From: an uncultured Actinomycetes bacterium
GTDB taxonomy: Bacteria > Actinomycetota > UBA4738 > JBBDTT01
Assembly (NCBI GenBank): GCA_963742735.1
Contig: CAVUMN010000001.1
Location: forward strand, 64,001 to 128,000
Length of the DNA: 64,000 nucleotides
Direction: 5' to 3'
The notes under the pieces are model-generated. The model ran no database searches. It was not told the origin of the DNA and was given only the letters and a program-made list of their open reading frames with translations. A program made the position numbers and the translations under genes. Positions 20,461 to 29,256 of this stretch are shown here, in pieces; position 1 is the stretch's first letter, and each line of letters starts with the position of its first letter.

Positions 20461-21590
20461 CAGATCCCCAAGCGATCGGCGAGGAGCGAGCGCTGGTACG
20501 TCGGGTCGCCGAACAGCAGCTCGCTCGTCTTCGCGCGGCGGAAGTAGAGGTGGGCGTCGTGTTCCCAGGTGAACCCGATGCCGCCGTGGACCTGGATGTT
20601 GCCCCGGGCGACGGCGAACGCGGCCTCGGTGCAGTACGCCTTGGCCATCGGCGCGGCCAGCTTCAGCTCCTGGGGATCCTCGGCCGCGGCCCACATGCCG
20701 TAGTACGCGGCGGTCTTCGACGACTCGACCTGCAGCAGCATGTCGGCGCAGAGGTGCTTCACGGCCTGGAACGAGCCGATGGGCCGCCCGAACTGGACCC
20801 GGTCCTTCGCGTACTGGACCGCCGTGTCCAGGCAGGTCTGGGCGGATCCGGTGGCCTCCGCGGCCAGGAACACCGCGGCGTGGTCCAGGACGCGCTCGAT
20901 CGCCGGCCACGCCGAACCGGCCTCGCCGAGCGGCGTGGCGATCGCTCCCGAGAGCGACACCTTCGCCTGCTTTCGCGTCCGGTCGATCGTGTTCAGCCGG
21001 GTCCGGGTCACGCCCTCGGCGTCGCCGTCGAGCACGAACAGCCCGAGGCCATCGGCGCCGCTCGTTCCCGGCCCACGCGCCGCGACGACCAGCTGGTGCG
21101 CGGTGTGGCCGTCGATGACGTAGGACTTCTCGCCGTCCAGCCGATGACGGTCACCGTCGGGGGTGGCGACGGCCTCTACGCCCTCGGCCCCCCACCGGCC
21201 GTTCGACTCGGCGTACGCGAACGCGGCCCGGGTCTCTCCGGAAGCGATCGAGGGCAATAGCTCGGCCTTCTGCTCCTCGGTACCGGTCTCCAGGATCGCG
21301 GTCGTCGCCAGGCAGGCGGAGGAGAGGAACGGCGCGCACAGCAGGACGCGGCCCATCTCCTCCAGGACGATCCCGAGCTCGACCTGGGTGAACCCCTGGC
21401 CGCCGTACGCCTCGGGGACGTGGATGCCCGGGAGCGCCAGGTCCTGGGACAGCTGCTTCCAGACGGCCTCGTCGAACCCCTCGTCGGTCTCCATCAGCCG
21501 ACGCACCTCCGCGGACGGGGACCGCTCCTCGAGGAACTTGCGGATGGTCCTGCGCAGCTCGTCCTGCTCGTCGCTGAAGGTGAAGTTCAC
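20460..21590 (-). CDS. Acyl-CoA dehydrogenase (beta-type)
   Basis: (M)NFTFSDEQDELR, RVQFGRPIGSFQAVKH, IQVHGGIGFTWEHDAHLYFRRAK. Confidence 0.9.
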   Translation of the reverse strand: MNFTFSDEQDELRRTIRKFLEERSPSAEVRRLMETDEGFDEAVWKQLSQDLALPGIHVPEAYGGQGFTQVELGIVLEEMGRVLLCAPFLSSACLATTAILETGTEEQKAELLPSIASGETRAAFAYAESNGRWGAEGVEAVATPDGDRHRLDGEKSYVIDGHTAHQLVVAARGPGTSGADGLGLFVLDGDAEGVTRTRLNTIDRTRKQAKVSLSGAIATPLGEAGSAWPAIERVLDHAAVFLAAEATGSAQTCLDTAVQYAKDRVQFGRPIGSFQAVKHLCADMLLQVESSKTAAYYGMWAAAEDPQELKLAAPMAKAYCTEAAFAVARGNIQVHGGIGFTWEHDAHLYFRRAKTSELLFGDPTYQRSLLADRLGI

Positions 21591-22744
21591 GGCCGCTCGC
21601 TTCCCACGATCCACATCGAGAAGAACTGCGAGCCCCCACCGTACGCGTGGCCCATGGCGACCTTCACGCCGTCGACCTGGTGCTCGCCGGCCAGGCCCCG
21701 GACCTGCAGGGCGGCCTCGGCGAAACGGATCATGCCCGACGCGCCGATCGGGTTCGAGGACAGCACCCCGCCCGACATGTCGACGGGCAGGTCGCCGTCG
21801 AGGGCGGTCACGCCGTCGTCCACGAGCTTCCACCCCTCGCCCTCCTCGGCGAACCCGAGGTTCTCCAACCACATGGGCTCGTACCAGGAGAACGGCACGT
21901 ACATCTCCACGGCGTCGATGTCGTTTCGAGGGTCGGTGATCCCGGCCTGGCGGTAGAGGTCGGCGGCGCAGTCGACGCCCGCCTGCGGGTTGACCTCGTC
22001 GCGCCCGGCCAGGGCGATCGGCTCGCTGCGCATCGCGGTGGCCCGCACCCATGCGGGCGGGTTGGGGGCGGCCCTGGCCGCGTCCTCGCTGGCCATCACC
22101 ATGGCGCACGCCCCATCCGAGGACGGACAGGTGTCCAGGTACCGCAGCGGGTCCCACAGCATCGGCGAGGCCAGCACGGTCTCCATGCTGATGTCCGGCA
22201 GCTGCAGGTGCGCGTAGGGGTTCTTGAGGGCGTTGAGGCGGTCCTTGACCGCGACCTTGTTGCCGATGTGGTCGGGCGCGTTGGTGCGCCGGATGTACTC
22301 GCGGATATGGGGCGAGAAGTAGCCGCCCGCGCCGGCCACCACCGGTGGGTTGAAGGGGATCTTGGGGGCGAGCGCCCACATCGTGTCGCTCTCGGACTGC
22401 TTCTCGAACGCCACCGTGAGGACCCGGTCGTGGATGCCTCCCTGGACCAGGCTCGCCGCGACCAGGGCCGTGGACCCGCCGACGCTTCCCGCGGTGTGGA
22501 CCCGGATCATGGGCTTGCCCACCGCGCCCAGGGCGTCGGCCAGGAACAGCTCCGGCATCATCACGCCCTCGAAGATGTCGGGGGCCTTGCCCAGGACCAC
22601 CGCGTCGATGTCGGCGAACGTCAGGCCGGCGTCCTCGAGCGCCCGGAGGGCGGCCTCGCGGACGAGGCCGGGCATGGACAGGTCGTCGCGGGCGGCCGAG
22701 TACTTCGTCTGGCCGACGCCGATGACCGCCGTGGGGTTGCCCAT
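21587..22744 (-). CDS. ltp3: Thiolase-fold protein Ltp3
   Basis: GKAPDIFEGVMMPELFLADALG, CPSSDGACA, YVPFSWYEPMWLENLG, HAYGGGSQFF. Confidence 0.88.
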   Translation of the reverse strand: MGNPTAVIGVGQTKYSAARDDLSMPGLVREAALRALEDAGLTFADIDAVVLGKAPDIFEGVMMPELFLADALGAVGKPMIRVHTAGSVGGSTALVAASLVQGGIHDRVLTVAFEKQSESDTMWALAPKIPFNPPVVAGAGGYFSPHIREYIRRTNAPDHIGNKVAVKDRLNALKNPYAHLQLPDISMETVLASPMLWDPLRYLDTCPSSDGACAMVMASEDAARAAPNPPAWVRATAMRSEPIALAGRDEVNPQAGVDCAADLYRQAGITDPRNDIDAVEMYVPFSWYEPMWLENLGFAEEGEGWKLVDDGVTALDGDLPVDMSGGVLSSNPIGASGMIRFAEAALQVRGLAGEHQVDGVKVAMGHAYGGGSQFFSMWIVGSERP

Positions 22745-23802
22745 CAGGCCACCTCCGTCTCCAGGACCGCCACCAGGTTCTGCTGCAGGCAGGGCCCGCT
22801 CGTGGCATGGGCGATGGCGCGCGTTGCGCCGTTCTCTGACAAGCGCGTGGCCGCCTCGCCGAATCGGATCAACCCGGCGGTCATGATCGGGTTCGCCGAG
22901 AGCGCACCCCCGCTCGGGTTGAATTCGACGCCCTCGGCCAAGCCGAGGGCGTCGGCAAGGATCAGCTCTTGGTGGCTGAACGGCGCGTAGATCTCCACGA
23001 CGTCCACTCCGCCCGAGAGGGCGCCCGCCCGCTCCGCGGCCGTTCGCGTGGAGGGCGACGTCGTGAGGTCTCTCGCCCCCAGCGAGTGGGGTTCGATCCG
23101 ATGATCGATACCCCGGATCCAAACCGGTCGCTCGCTGACCTTGCGCGCCAGGTCGCCCGCGGCCAGGACGATGGCCGCGGCGCCGTCCGAGATCGGGGGG
23201 AGGTCGTGCCTGCGAAGCGGGGAGGCCACGTAGGGCTCGGCGAGCAGCGCGTCGGCGTCGAACTCGCCGGAGACCTGCGCGTTCGGGTTGTCCATCGCCG
23301 CCCGGCGGTTGCGCACGGCGACGTCGGCCAGGTCGCGCTCGGTGGCCTTCCCCGAGTCGAGCAGCGCCCGCGCCTGCAGCGCCGCGAGGCTCACCGCGTC
23401 CGGCCACAGCGGTCCGAGGGTGTACGGGTCGAGCTGCAGGGTCAGGACCTCGCCCAGGTCGCCCATCGAGGTGCGCCCGAACGCGTAGACGAGCGCGGAG
23501 TCCACATCGCCGTGCTGCAGCCGGACCCAGGCCTCGTACAGCGCCCACGCGCCGTCCATCTCCACGTGGGACTCCTGGATCGGCGGCCACGCCCCGATCG
23601 CGTCCAGCCCCGACACGAACGAGAACGGGATCCCCGCGACGAAGTCGCTGCTCCCGGAGACCGTGACCCCGATCTCCCCGCGGGGGATGCCGGACCGCTC
23701 CAGGGCCTCGGTGACGACCGGCGCGATCATCTCCGGCTCGTTGCGATCGTCCCGGCGGACCGAGGGCGTCTGCGCGAAGGCGACGATCGCGACGTCACGC
23801 AT
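22744..23802 (-). CDS. ltp4: Thiolase-fold protein Ltp4
   Basis: MRDVAIVAFAQ, PPIQESHVEMDGAWALYEAW, HATSGPCLQQNLV. Confidence 0.88.
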   Translation of the reverse strand: MRDVAIVAFAQTPSVRRDDRNEPEMIAPVVTEALERSGIPRGEIGVTVSGSSDFVAGIPFSFVSGLDAIGAWPPIQESHVEMDGAWALYEAWVRLQHGDVDSALVYAFGRTSMGDLGEVLTLQLDPYTLGPLWPDAVSLAALQARALLDSGKATERDLADVAVRNRRAAMDNPNAQVSGEFDADALLAEPYVASPLRRHDLPPISDGAAAIVLAAGDLARKVSERPVWIRGIDHRIEPHSLGARDLTTSPSTRTAAERAGALSGGVDVVEIYAPFSHQELILADALGLAEGVEFNPSGGALSANPIMTAGLIRFGEAATRLSENGATRAIAHATSGPCLQQNLVAVLETEVA

Positions 23803-24292
23803 CGGCGCGCCCCTGGAGGTGCCGGGTCGGGACGTCGTCCTCGCCGGAGGGACGGAAGTAGCGGATGTTCTCCAGGCCGGGCTTGTCCTCGCTCGCCTCG
23901 GCCCACACGGGCTCGACGCGCATGCCCATGCGGACCTCCTCGGGCGGGACCTCCTGGATCAGGTGGAAGAGCTCCGAGTCGGCGCCGTCGAGCAGGACCG
24001 AGGCGCACACGTACGGGCACTCCACGGCCTGGCCGGCGAACGGGAGGTTCACGATGCAGAACGTGGTCACGGTCCCGGTCCCGGGGACCTCGACCTCCTC
24101 CTCGGTGCGGGCGCCGTCGCGAGGGCAGTACCCGCGGGGCGGCACGTAGACCTTCGAGCACTCGGGACACTTCTCGCCGACGAGCCGATGGTGGTCCGTG
24201 ACCTCTCGGAAGAACCGTGAACCGGCCTCCCCCGGGGTGTAGCGGTACTCCAGGCGGATCGGCGCCGTGAACCCCTTGACGATCTCGGTCAC
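23795..24292 (-). CDS. DUF35 OB-fold protein (Rv3521 C-half-like)
   Basis: KCPECSKVYVPPRGYCP, VRMGMRVEPVW, IRYFRPSGEDD. Confidence 0.82.
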   Translation of the reverse strand: MTEIVKGFTAPIRLEYRYTPGEAGSRFFREVTDHHRLVGEKCPECSKVYVPPRGYCPRDGARTEEEVEVPGTGTVTTFCIVNLPFAGQAVECPYVCASVLLDGADSELFHLIQEVPPEEVRMGMRVEPVWAEASEDKPGLENIRYFRPSGEDDVPTRHLQGRADA

Positions 24293-24735
24293 GACGGCTC
24301 CACCTCGAATGCCTCGATGTCGAGGATGTGGCCCTTGGGGGACTCCGCCCACCGGGGCCGAACGCGCAGGCCGGTGCGCATGGCCGACTCCTCGCCGGCG
24401 TCCACCACGTGGAGCATCGCGGTGTCGGCGCCGTCCAGCTTGATGAGGGCCCACGCGAACGGGCGGTCGAGCGGCTGCTTGGGACGCGGCTCGCGCATCC
24501 ACGACCAGGCGGTGACCTCGCCGCCGGGGCCGACCTCGACAAACTCCTCGGTCACCGCCTCGCCGGTCTCGGGGTCGTACTCGGCCGCCGGAACCAGCAC
24601 CCGGCCGCGGGCCGTACGGACCCCTTCGATCCGGCGCTCCTTGAGGGCGCCGAGGAACCGCCCGATCACCGGGCCGACGCTGCGCTTGTAGGGGAACTCC
24701 AGGACGTGCTGGGCCGACAGGATCTCGGTGGCCAT
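24289..24735 (-). CDS. DUF35 OB-fold protein (Rv3521 N-half-like)
   Basis: YKRSVGPVIGRFL, EYDPETG, PFAWALIKLDGADT. Confidence 0.82.
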   Translation of the reverse strand: MATEILSAQHVLEFPYKRSVGPVIGRFLGALKERRIEGVRTARGRVLVPAAEYDPETGEAVTEEFVEVGPGGEVTAWSWMREPRPKQPLDRPFAWALIKLDGADTAMLHVVDAGEESAMRTGLRVRPRWAESPKGHILDIEAFEVEPS

Positions 24736-24737
24736 GC

Positions 24738-26288
24738 TCAGATCGCCCGCTCTCGTCCGGCCCAGAACGGGTCGCGCAGCCGCCGCTTGTAGAGCTTCCC
24801 GTTCGGGTCCCTGGGCATCTCGTCGATGAAATCGATCGACCGGGGGAGCTTGTACTTGGCGAGCCGGCCTGAGAGGTACTCGAGGATCTCCCGTTCGAGC
24901 TCGGGGCTGCCCTCGACGCCGTCCACCGGCTCGATGACCCCCTTGACCTCCTCGCCCAGGTCCTCGTGCGGGATCCCGAACACCGCCGCGTCGGCGACCT
25001 TCGGGTGGAGCATCAGCTCGTTCTCGATCTCGGCGGGGTAGATGTTCACGCCGCCGGCGATGATCATGTCGGCCTTGCGGTCGTTGAGAAAGAGGAAGGC
25101 GTCCTCGTCCAGGTAGCCGATGTCGCCGACCGTGAAGAACCCGTCCTCGCTCCACGTCTTCGAGGTCTTGTCGGGGTCCTTGTTGTACTCGAAGCGAAGG
25201 TCCCCCATCTTCATCCAGATGGTTCCGGACTCGCCCGGCGGGAGCTCGTTCCCGTCGTCGTCCAGCACCTTCACCTGGCTGATCGGCCACGCGGTGCCCA
25301 CCGTCCCCGGCTTCTTCAGCCACTGCTCGGGGGTGACGAGCGTGCCGCCGCCCTCCGACGCCGCGTAGTACTCGTCGATCACCGGGCCCCACCAGTCGAG
25401 CATCCGCTGCTTCGTCTCGACCGGGCACGGCGCCGCGCTGTGGATCATGTGTCGGAGCGAGGAGACGTCGGCCTTCGCCCGTTCCTCCTCCGGGAGCGCG
25501 AGCAGACGGTGGAACATGGTCGGGACCATGTGGCTGGTGGTCACCCGGTACCGCTCGATGAGTCGAAGGGTCTCCTCGGGCGTCCAGCGGTCCATCAGGA
25601 CCGCGGTGTGTCCGAGGTGCATGGACTGGATCGTGAAGTTCACGACCGCCGTGTGATACAGCGGCGCGACCGTGAGGTGCACGTTGTCGTCGCGCTGGTT
25701 GATCCCGAACAGCGCCAGGAACGAGCCGTACATGGCGCCGTTGGTGTCGGGATCGACGACCGGCAGCGGCCGGCGGACGCCCTTCGGCTGTCCGGTCGTC
25801 CCGGCCGTGTAGGTCATGATCGCGCCCGAGGCGCGGTCCTCCGGCGCCGAATCGGGCTGTCCCGCCTTCAGGTCCTCGTACGGCCGGAAGCCCTCGATGG
25901 AGCCCACCGCGAAGCGCGCGTTCTGGGGGAAGCCGGCCTCCGCCACGGCCTTGCGGCACTCGTCCGCGAGCCGCTCGTGGCCGATGAACGCCTTGGCCTC
26001 GCTGTCGGTGATGATGTAGGCGATCTCCGGCGCGACCAGGTGGTAGTTGATCGGCACGACGTACCAACCCGCCTGGAGCGCGGCCAGGTAGATCTCCACG
26101 ATCGGCGCGCCGTTGGGAAGGATCGCCGCGACCGTGTCGCCGGCGGTCAGCCCGAGCCCCCGAAGCCCGTGCACCAGTCGGTTCGAGGCCGCCGCGAGCT
26201 CTCCAGCGGTGTGCTGGGTGCCGTCGGGCTCGACCAGCGCGAGGTGGTCCGGTTCCTCCGCGGCGTTCTGCCAGAAGCCCATCCCCAT
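24738..26288 (-). CDS. Acyl-CoA synthetase, first gene of the long minus-strand operon
   Basis: YTAGTTGQPKG, PLYHTA, EYYAASEGG, GGVNIYPAEIE, NGKLYKR. Start placed at the ATG just after the KstR box. Confidence 0.9.
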   Translation of the reverse strand: MGMGFWQNAAEEPDHLALVEPDGTQHTAGELAAASNRLVHGLRGLGLTAGDTVAAILPNGAPIVEIYLAALQAGWYVVPINYHLVAPEIAYIITDSEAKAFIGHERLADECRKAVAEAGFPQNARFAVGSIEGFRPYEDLKAGQPDSAPEDRASGAIMTYTAGTTGQPKGVRRPLPVVDPDTNGAMYGSFLALFGINQRDDNVHLTVAPLYHTAVVNFTIQSMHLGHTAVLMDRWTPEETLRLIERYRVTTSHMVPTMFHRLLALPEEERAKADVSSLRHMIHSAAPCPVETKQRMLDWWGPVIDEYYAASEGGGTLVTPEQWLKKPGTVGTAWPISQVKVLDDDGNELPPGESGTIWMKMGDLRFEYNKDPDKTSKTWSEDGFFTVGDIGYLDEDAFLFLNDRKADMIIAGGVNIYPAEIENELMLHPKVADAAVFGIPHEDLGEEVKGVIEPVDGVEGSPELEREILEYLSGRLAKYKLPRSIDFIDEMPRDPNGKLYKRRLRDPFWAGRERAI

Positions 26289-26296
26289 GCGAGAAG

Positions 26297-26310
26297 TAGA
26301 ACACGTTCTC
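26297..26310. promoter_or_regulatory. KstR-type operator TAGAACACGTTCTC
   Basis: Matches TnnAACnnGTTnnA except at the last base; intergenic in a divergent region. Confidence 0.85.
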
Positions 26311-26332
26311 ATTCCGGCTCGCAACACGAGAC

Positions 26333-26346
26333 GAGAACGTGTTCTA
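26333..26346. promoter_or_regulatory. KstR-type operator GAGAACGTGTTCTA
   Basis: Exact reverse complement of the 26297 site; overlaps a TAATTT -10-like hexamer upstream of the ADH gene. Confidence 0.85.
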
Positions 26347-26376
26347 ATTTCGGCCTACACGTCCTGGAGGTGGGGT

Positions 26377-27459
26377 ATGCGTGGCGCCGTCCTGATGGGT
26401 CTCGACCAGCCCTTGGAGGTCCGTGACGACCTCGAGGTGATCGGTCCCGGACCCGGCCAGGTCCACGTGAAGATCGCCGCGAGCGGCGTCTGCCACTCCG
26501 ACCTTTCGTTGCAGAACGGGACGCTCCCCCACCCCATGCCGGTGGTCCCCGGCCACGAGGCGGCCGGCGTCGTGCTCGGCGTCGGCGACGGCGTCACCCA
26601 CGTCAAGGAGGGCGACCACGTCATCATCGCGTTCTGGCCGCCGTGCTGGAACTGCCGGGCGTGCATCGGCGGCCAGCCGCACCTGTGCGAGACCTATACC
26701 GAGCAGGCCATCGGCGTGCCCCGGATGAAGACCCCCGACACGCCGCTGTTCTCCTACGCGGGCGTGGGCTCGTTCGCGGAGGAGGTCATGGTCCTCGGCG
26801 AGGCCGCGGTGCCGATCCCCAACGACGTTCCGCTCGACATCGCCGCGCTGATCGGGTGCGGCGTGATGACCGGCGTCGGCGCCGCCATCAACACCGCCAA
26901 GGTCCAGCCCGGCTCGTCCGTGGTCGTGTTCGGCTGCGGCGGGGTCGGGATCAGCGTGATCCAGGGCGCCCGCATCGCGGGAGCCACCGAGATCGTGGCC
27001 GTGGACGTGGTCGAGTCGAAGCTCGACGAGGCGAAGAAGTTCGGCGCCACCCACGCGGTCACCACGGGCGGCCTCGGCGCCGTGAACATGGAGCTGACCG
27101 GCGGCCGCGGGTTCGACTACGGCTTCGAGGTCGTCGGCAGGCCGGAGACGATCCGCAGCGCCTGGGACGCCACGCGACGCGGCGGCACGACGGTCGTGGT
27201 CGGCGCGGGCCGCATGGACGCCATGGTCCCGTTCAGCGCCTTCGAGCTCTTCTACCAGGAGCGGACACTCAAGGGCTGCTGGTACGGAAGCGCGAACGTG
27301 CGCCTCGACTTCCCCAGGCTCCTGGGGTTCTGGCGCGCGGGCACCCTCGACCTCGAGGGCATGATCTCCCGTCGGATCGACCTCTCGGAGATCAACGAGG
27401 CGTTCGCCGCCCTGGAGCGCGGCGAGTTCGTCCGCCAGGTCATCGACTTCTCCGCGTAG
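26377..27459 (+). CDS. Zn-dependent alcohol dehydrogenase (MDR)
   Basis: GGAGG SD; GVCHSD, GHE, CxxCxxC-x7-C, GCGGVG. Confidence 0.92.
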   Translation: MRGAVLMGLDQPLEVRDDLEVIGPGPGQVHVKIAASGVCHSDLSLQNGTLPHPMPVVPGHEAAGVVLGVGDGVTHVKEGDHVIIAFWPPCWNCRACIGGQPHLCETYTEQAIGVPRMKTPDTPLFSYAGVGSFAEEVMVLGEAAVPIPNDVPLDIAALIGCGVMTGVGAAINTAKVQPGSSVVVFGCGGVGISVIQGARIAGATEIVAVDVVESKLDEAKKFGATHAVTTGGLGAVNMELTGGRGFDYGFEVVGRPETIRSAWDATRRGGTTVVVGAGRMDAMVPFSAFELFYQERTLKGCWYGSANVRLDFPRLLGFWRAGTLDLEGMISRRIDLSEINEAFAALERGEFVRQVIDFSA

Positions 27460-27493
27460 GTACCGGGCGGGAAGCCGTCGTAGCCTTTCGGCT

Positions 27494-29248
27494 GTGAGAC
27501 GCAGGCTCGCGGTTCTGGCCACCCTGGCCCTGTTGAGCGCGGTCCTGCCCGGGCTCGGCGCCCCGCCCGCGTCCGCCCAGCAGGTGCAGCCGTGCGACCT
27601 TGGGGGATCGTCCGAGTTCTCGACCGTGTCCCCCCGTCCGCGCCACGACCTCCTCCCGCAGGAGGTCGTGTCGATCCCCAGCGCGCAGGACGGCGCCGAC
27701 ATCCAGATCGGCGTGTTCCGTCCCAGGGTTCCGGCGGGCACCCGCGTCCCCGTCATCGTGCGTGCCTCGCCCTACTTCCACCCGATGCAGGAGCTCGACC
27801 TGCGGGTCTGCGAGCCGTTCCTCATCGAGAACTACGTGCCCCAGGGGTACGCCGTGGGTCTTGTCGCGCTGCGGGGCACCGCGGACAGCGGCGGCTGCTT
27901 CGACTTCTTCGGGTCCCTCGAACGGCAGGACCTCGCCCAGGCGGTCAGCTGGCTGGGCAGCCGGCCGTGGAGCAACGGCCGCGTGGGCATGGTCGGCAAG
28001 TCCTCGGACGGCGGCTCGCAGTGGGAGGTCGCCTCGATCGGCAGCCCGTACCTGAAGACGATCGTCCCCGTCTCGGGCGTGGTCGACGTGTTCGACCTCC
28101 AGTACGGCGGGGCGAACGTCGACGTCCGTGGCGGGATCCTTGCCGGTGTGTACTTCGCCCAGAGCCTGGGATACGCGCAGGGTCGCTCGCCGCAGCACAC
28201 CGCCGGAGTGGCCGCGTGCCCGGAGTACGCGACGGCCGTGGCGGCGAGCCTGTACAGCTCGGTGACCGGCGACGAGGACCTGTTCGGGTACTGGGCGGAC
28301 CGCCGCTACTCGGACGACATCCTCGAGCGCTATCGGGGAAGCGTGTTCTTCATCCACGGGCTGCAGGACTGGAACGTGAACCCGGGCACGCAGTTCCCCT
28401 TCATCCTCGACCTGAAGCGCCGGGGTGTGCCGGTGAAGACCCTGCTCGGCCAGTGGGGACACGCGTTTCCGGACGAAGCCACCCCGCCGAGCCTGCGGCG
28501 GGACTTCGCGGACATCCTGTTGCGATGGTTCGACCGGTGGCTGAAGGGCCGCAAGGTCGACACCGGTCCGGCCGCCCAGGTCGAGGACTCGGACGGCTTG
28601 TGGCGGAACGAGCGGTCCTGGCCGCCGGCCGGGCGCACCACCCGGCTGTGGCTGACGCCGGACGGCGCCCTGGCCGCGGCGCCCGGGGGTGCGGGATCGG
28701 CCATGGTCGCGCCGAGCCCGCTCCACGTCTCCGACCCGCTCGGGAACATGGGCGCGGGCGTCGGCCTGCCGCCCCTGCCGGCCGAGCTCCAGGCGGTCTG
28801 CCAGGCCCCGGTCTGCGCGGCGTTCCGGACCGAGCCCATGGCCGGCGCCTATCGCATCGCGGGGCTCCCCCGCCTTCGAGTGCCGGTCACACCGGCCGGA
28901 CCGCTGGGGAACCTGGCGGCGTTTCTCCTCGCCGAGGGGCCGGACGGGCTCCGCCGCCTCGGCTGGGGCCAGGTCGACCTGCGGTTCCCGCGCGGGCGGG
29001 GCGCGTCGCAGACGGTGACGCCCGGAACCACCGTCGAGATCGACGCGCCGCTTCAGCCTCTCGACGCCGTGCTGCACCCCGGCGAGCGCCTGGTCCTGAT
29101 GGTCACGATGGCCAACAGCGGGAACCGGCTGCCCGGGCTCGGACTGCCCGCGACCCTGGAGCTTGGCGCTGAGAGCAGCCTGACGATCGTGCGGGTGACG
29201 CCCAGGCCGTCGCAGTTCTTCGAGCCACCCGCGGAGCCGGAGGCGTAG
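27494..29248 (+). CDS. Secreted CocE/NonD (peptidase S15) family hydrolase
   Basis: Signal peptide (ASA-Q), SPY, RGTADSGGC, WSNGRVGMVGKSSDG, HGLQDWNV, GQWGH. Confidence 0.85.
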   Translation: MRRRLAVLATLALLSAVLPGLGAPPASAQQVQPCDLGGSSEFSTVSPRPRHDLLPQEVVSIPSAQDGADIQIGVFRPRVPAGTRVPVIVRASPYFHPMQELDLRVCEPFLIENYVPQGYAVGLVALRGTADSGGCFDFFGSLERQDLAQAVSWLGSRPWSNGRVGMVGKSSDGGSQWEVASIGSPYLKTIVPVSGVVDVFDLQYGGANVDVRGGILAGVYFAQSLGYAQGRSPQHTAGVAACPEYATAVAASLYSSVTGDEDLFGYWADRRYSDDILERYRGSVFFIHGLQDWNVNPGTQFPFILDLKRRGVPVKTLLGQWGHAFPDEATPPSLRRDFADILLRWFDRWLKGRKVDTGPAAQVEDSDGLWRNERSWPPAGRTTRLWLTPDGALAAAPGGAGSAMVAPSPLHVSDPLGNMGAGVGLPPLPAELQAVCQAPVCAAFRTEPMAGAYRIAGLPRLRVPVTPAGPLGNLAAFLLAEGPDGLRRLGWGQVDLRFPRGRGASQTVTPGTTVEIDAPLQPLDAVLHPGERLVLMVTMANSGNRLPGLGLPATLELGAESSLTIVRVTPRPSQFFEPPAEPEA

Positions 29249-29256
29249 CCCGGGCG

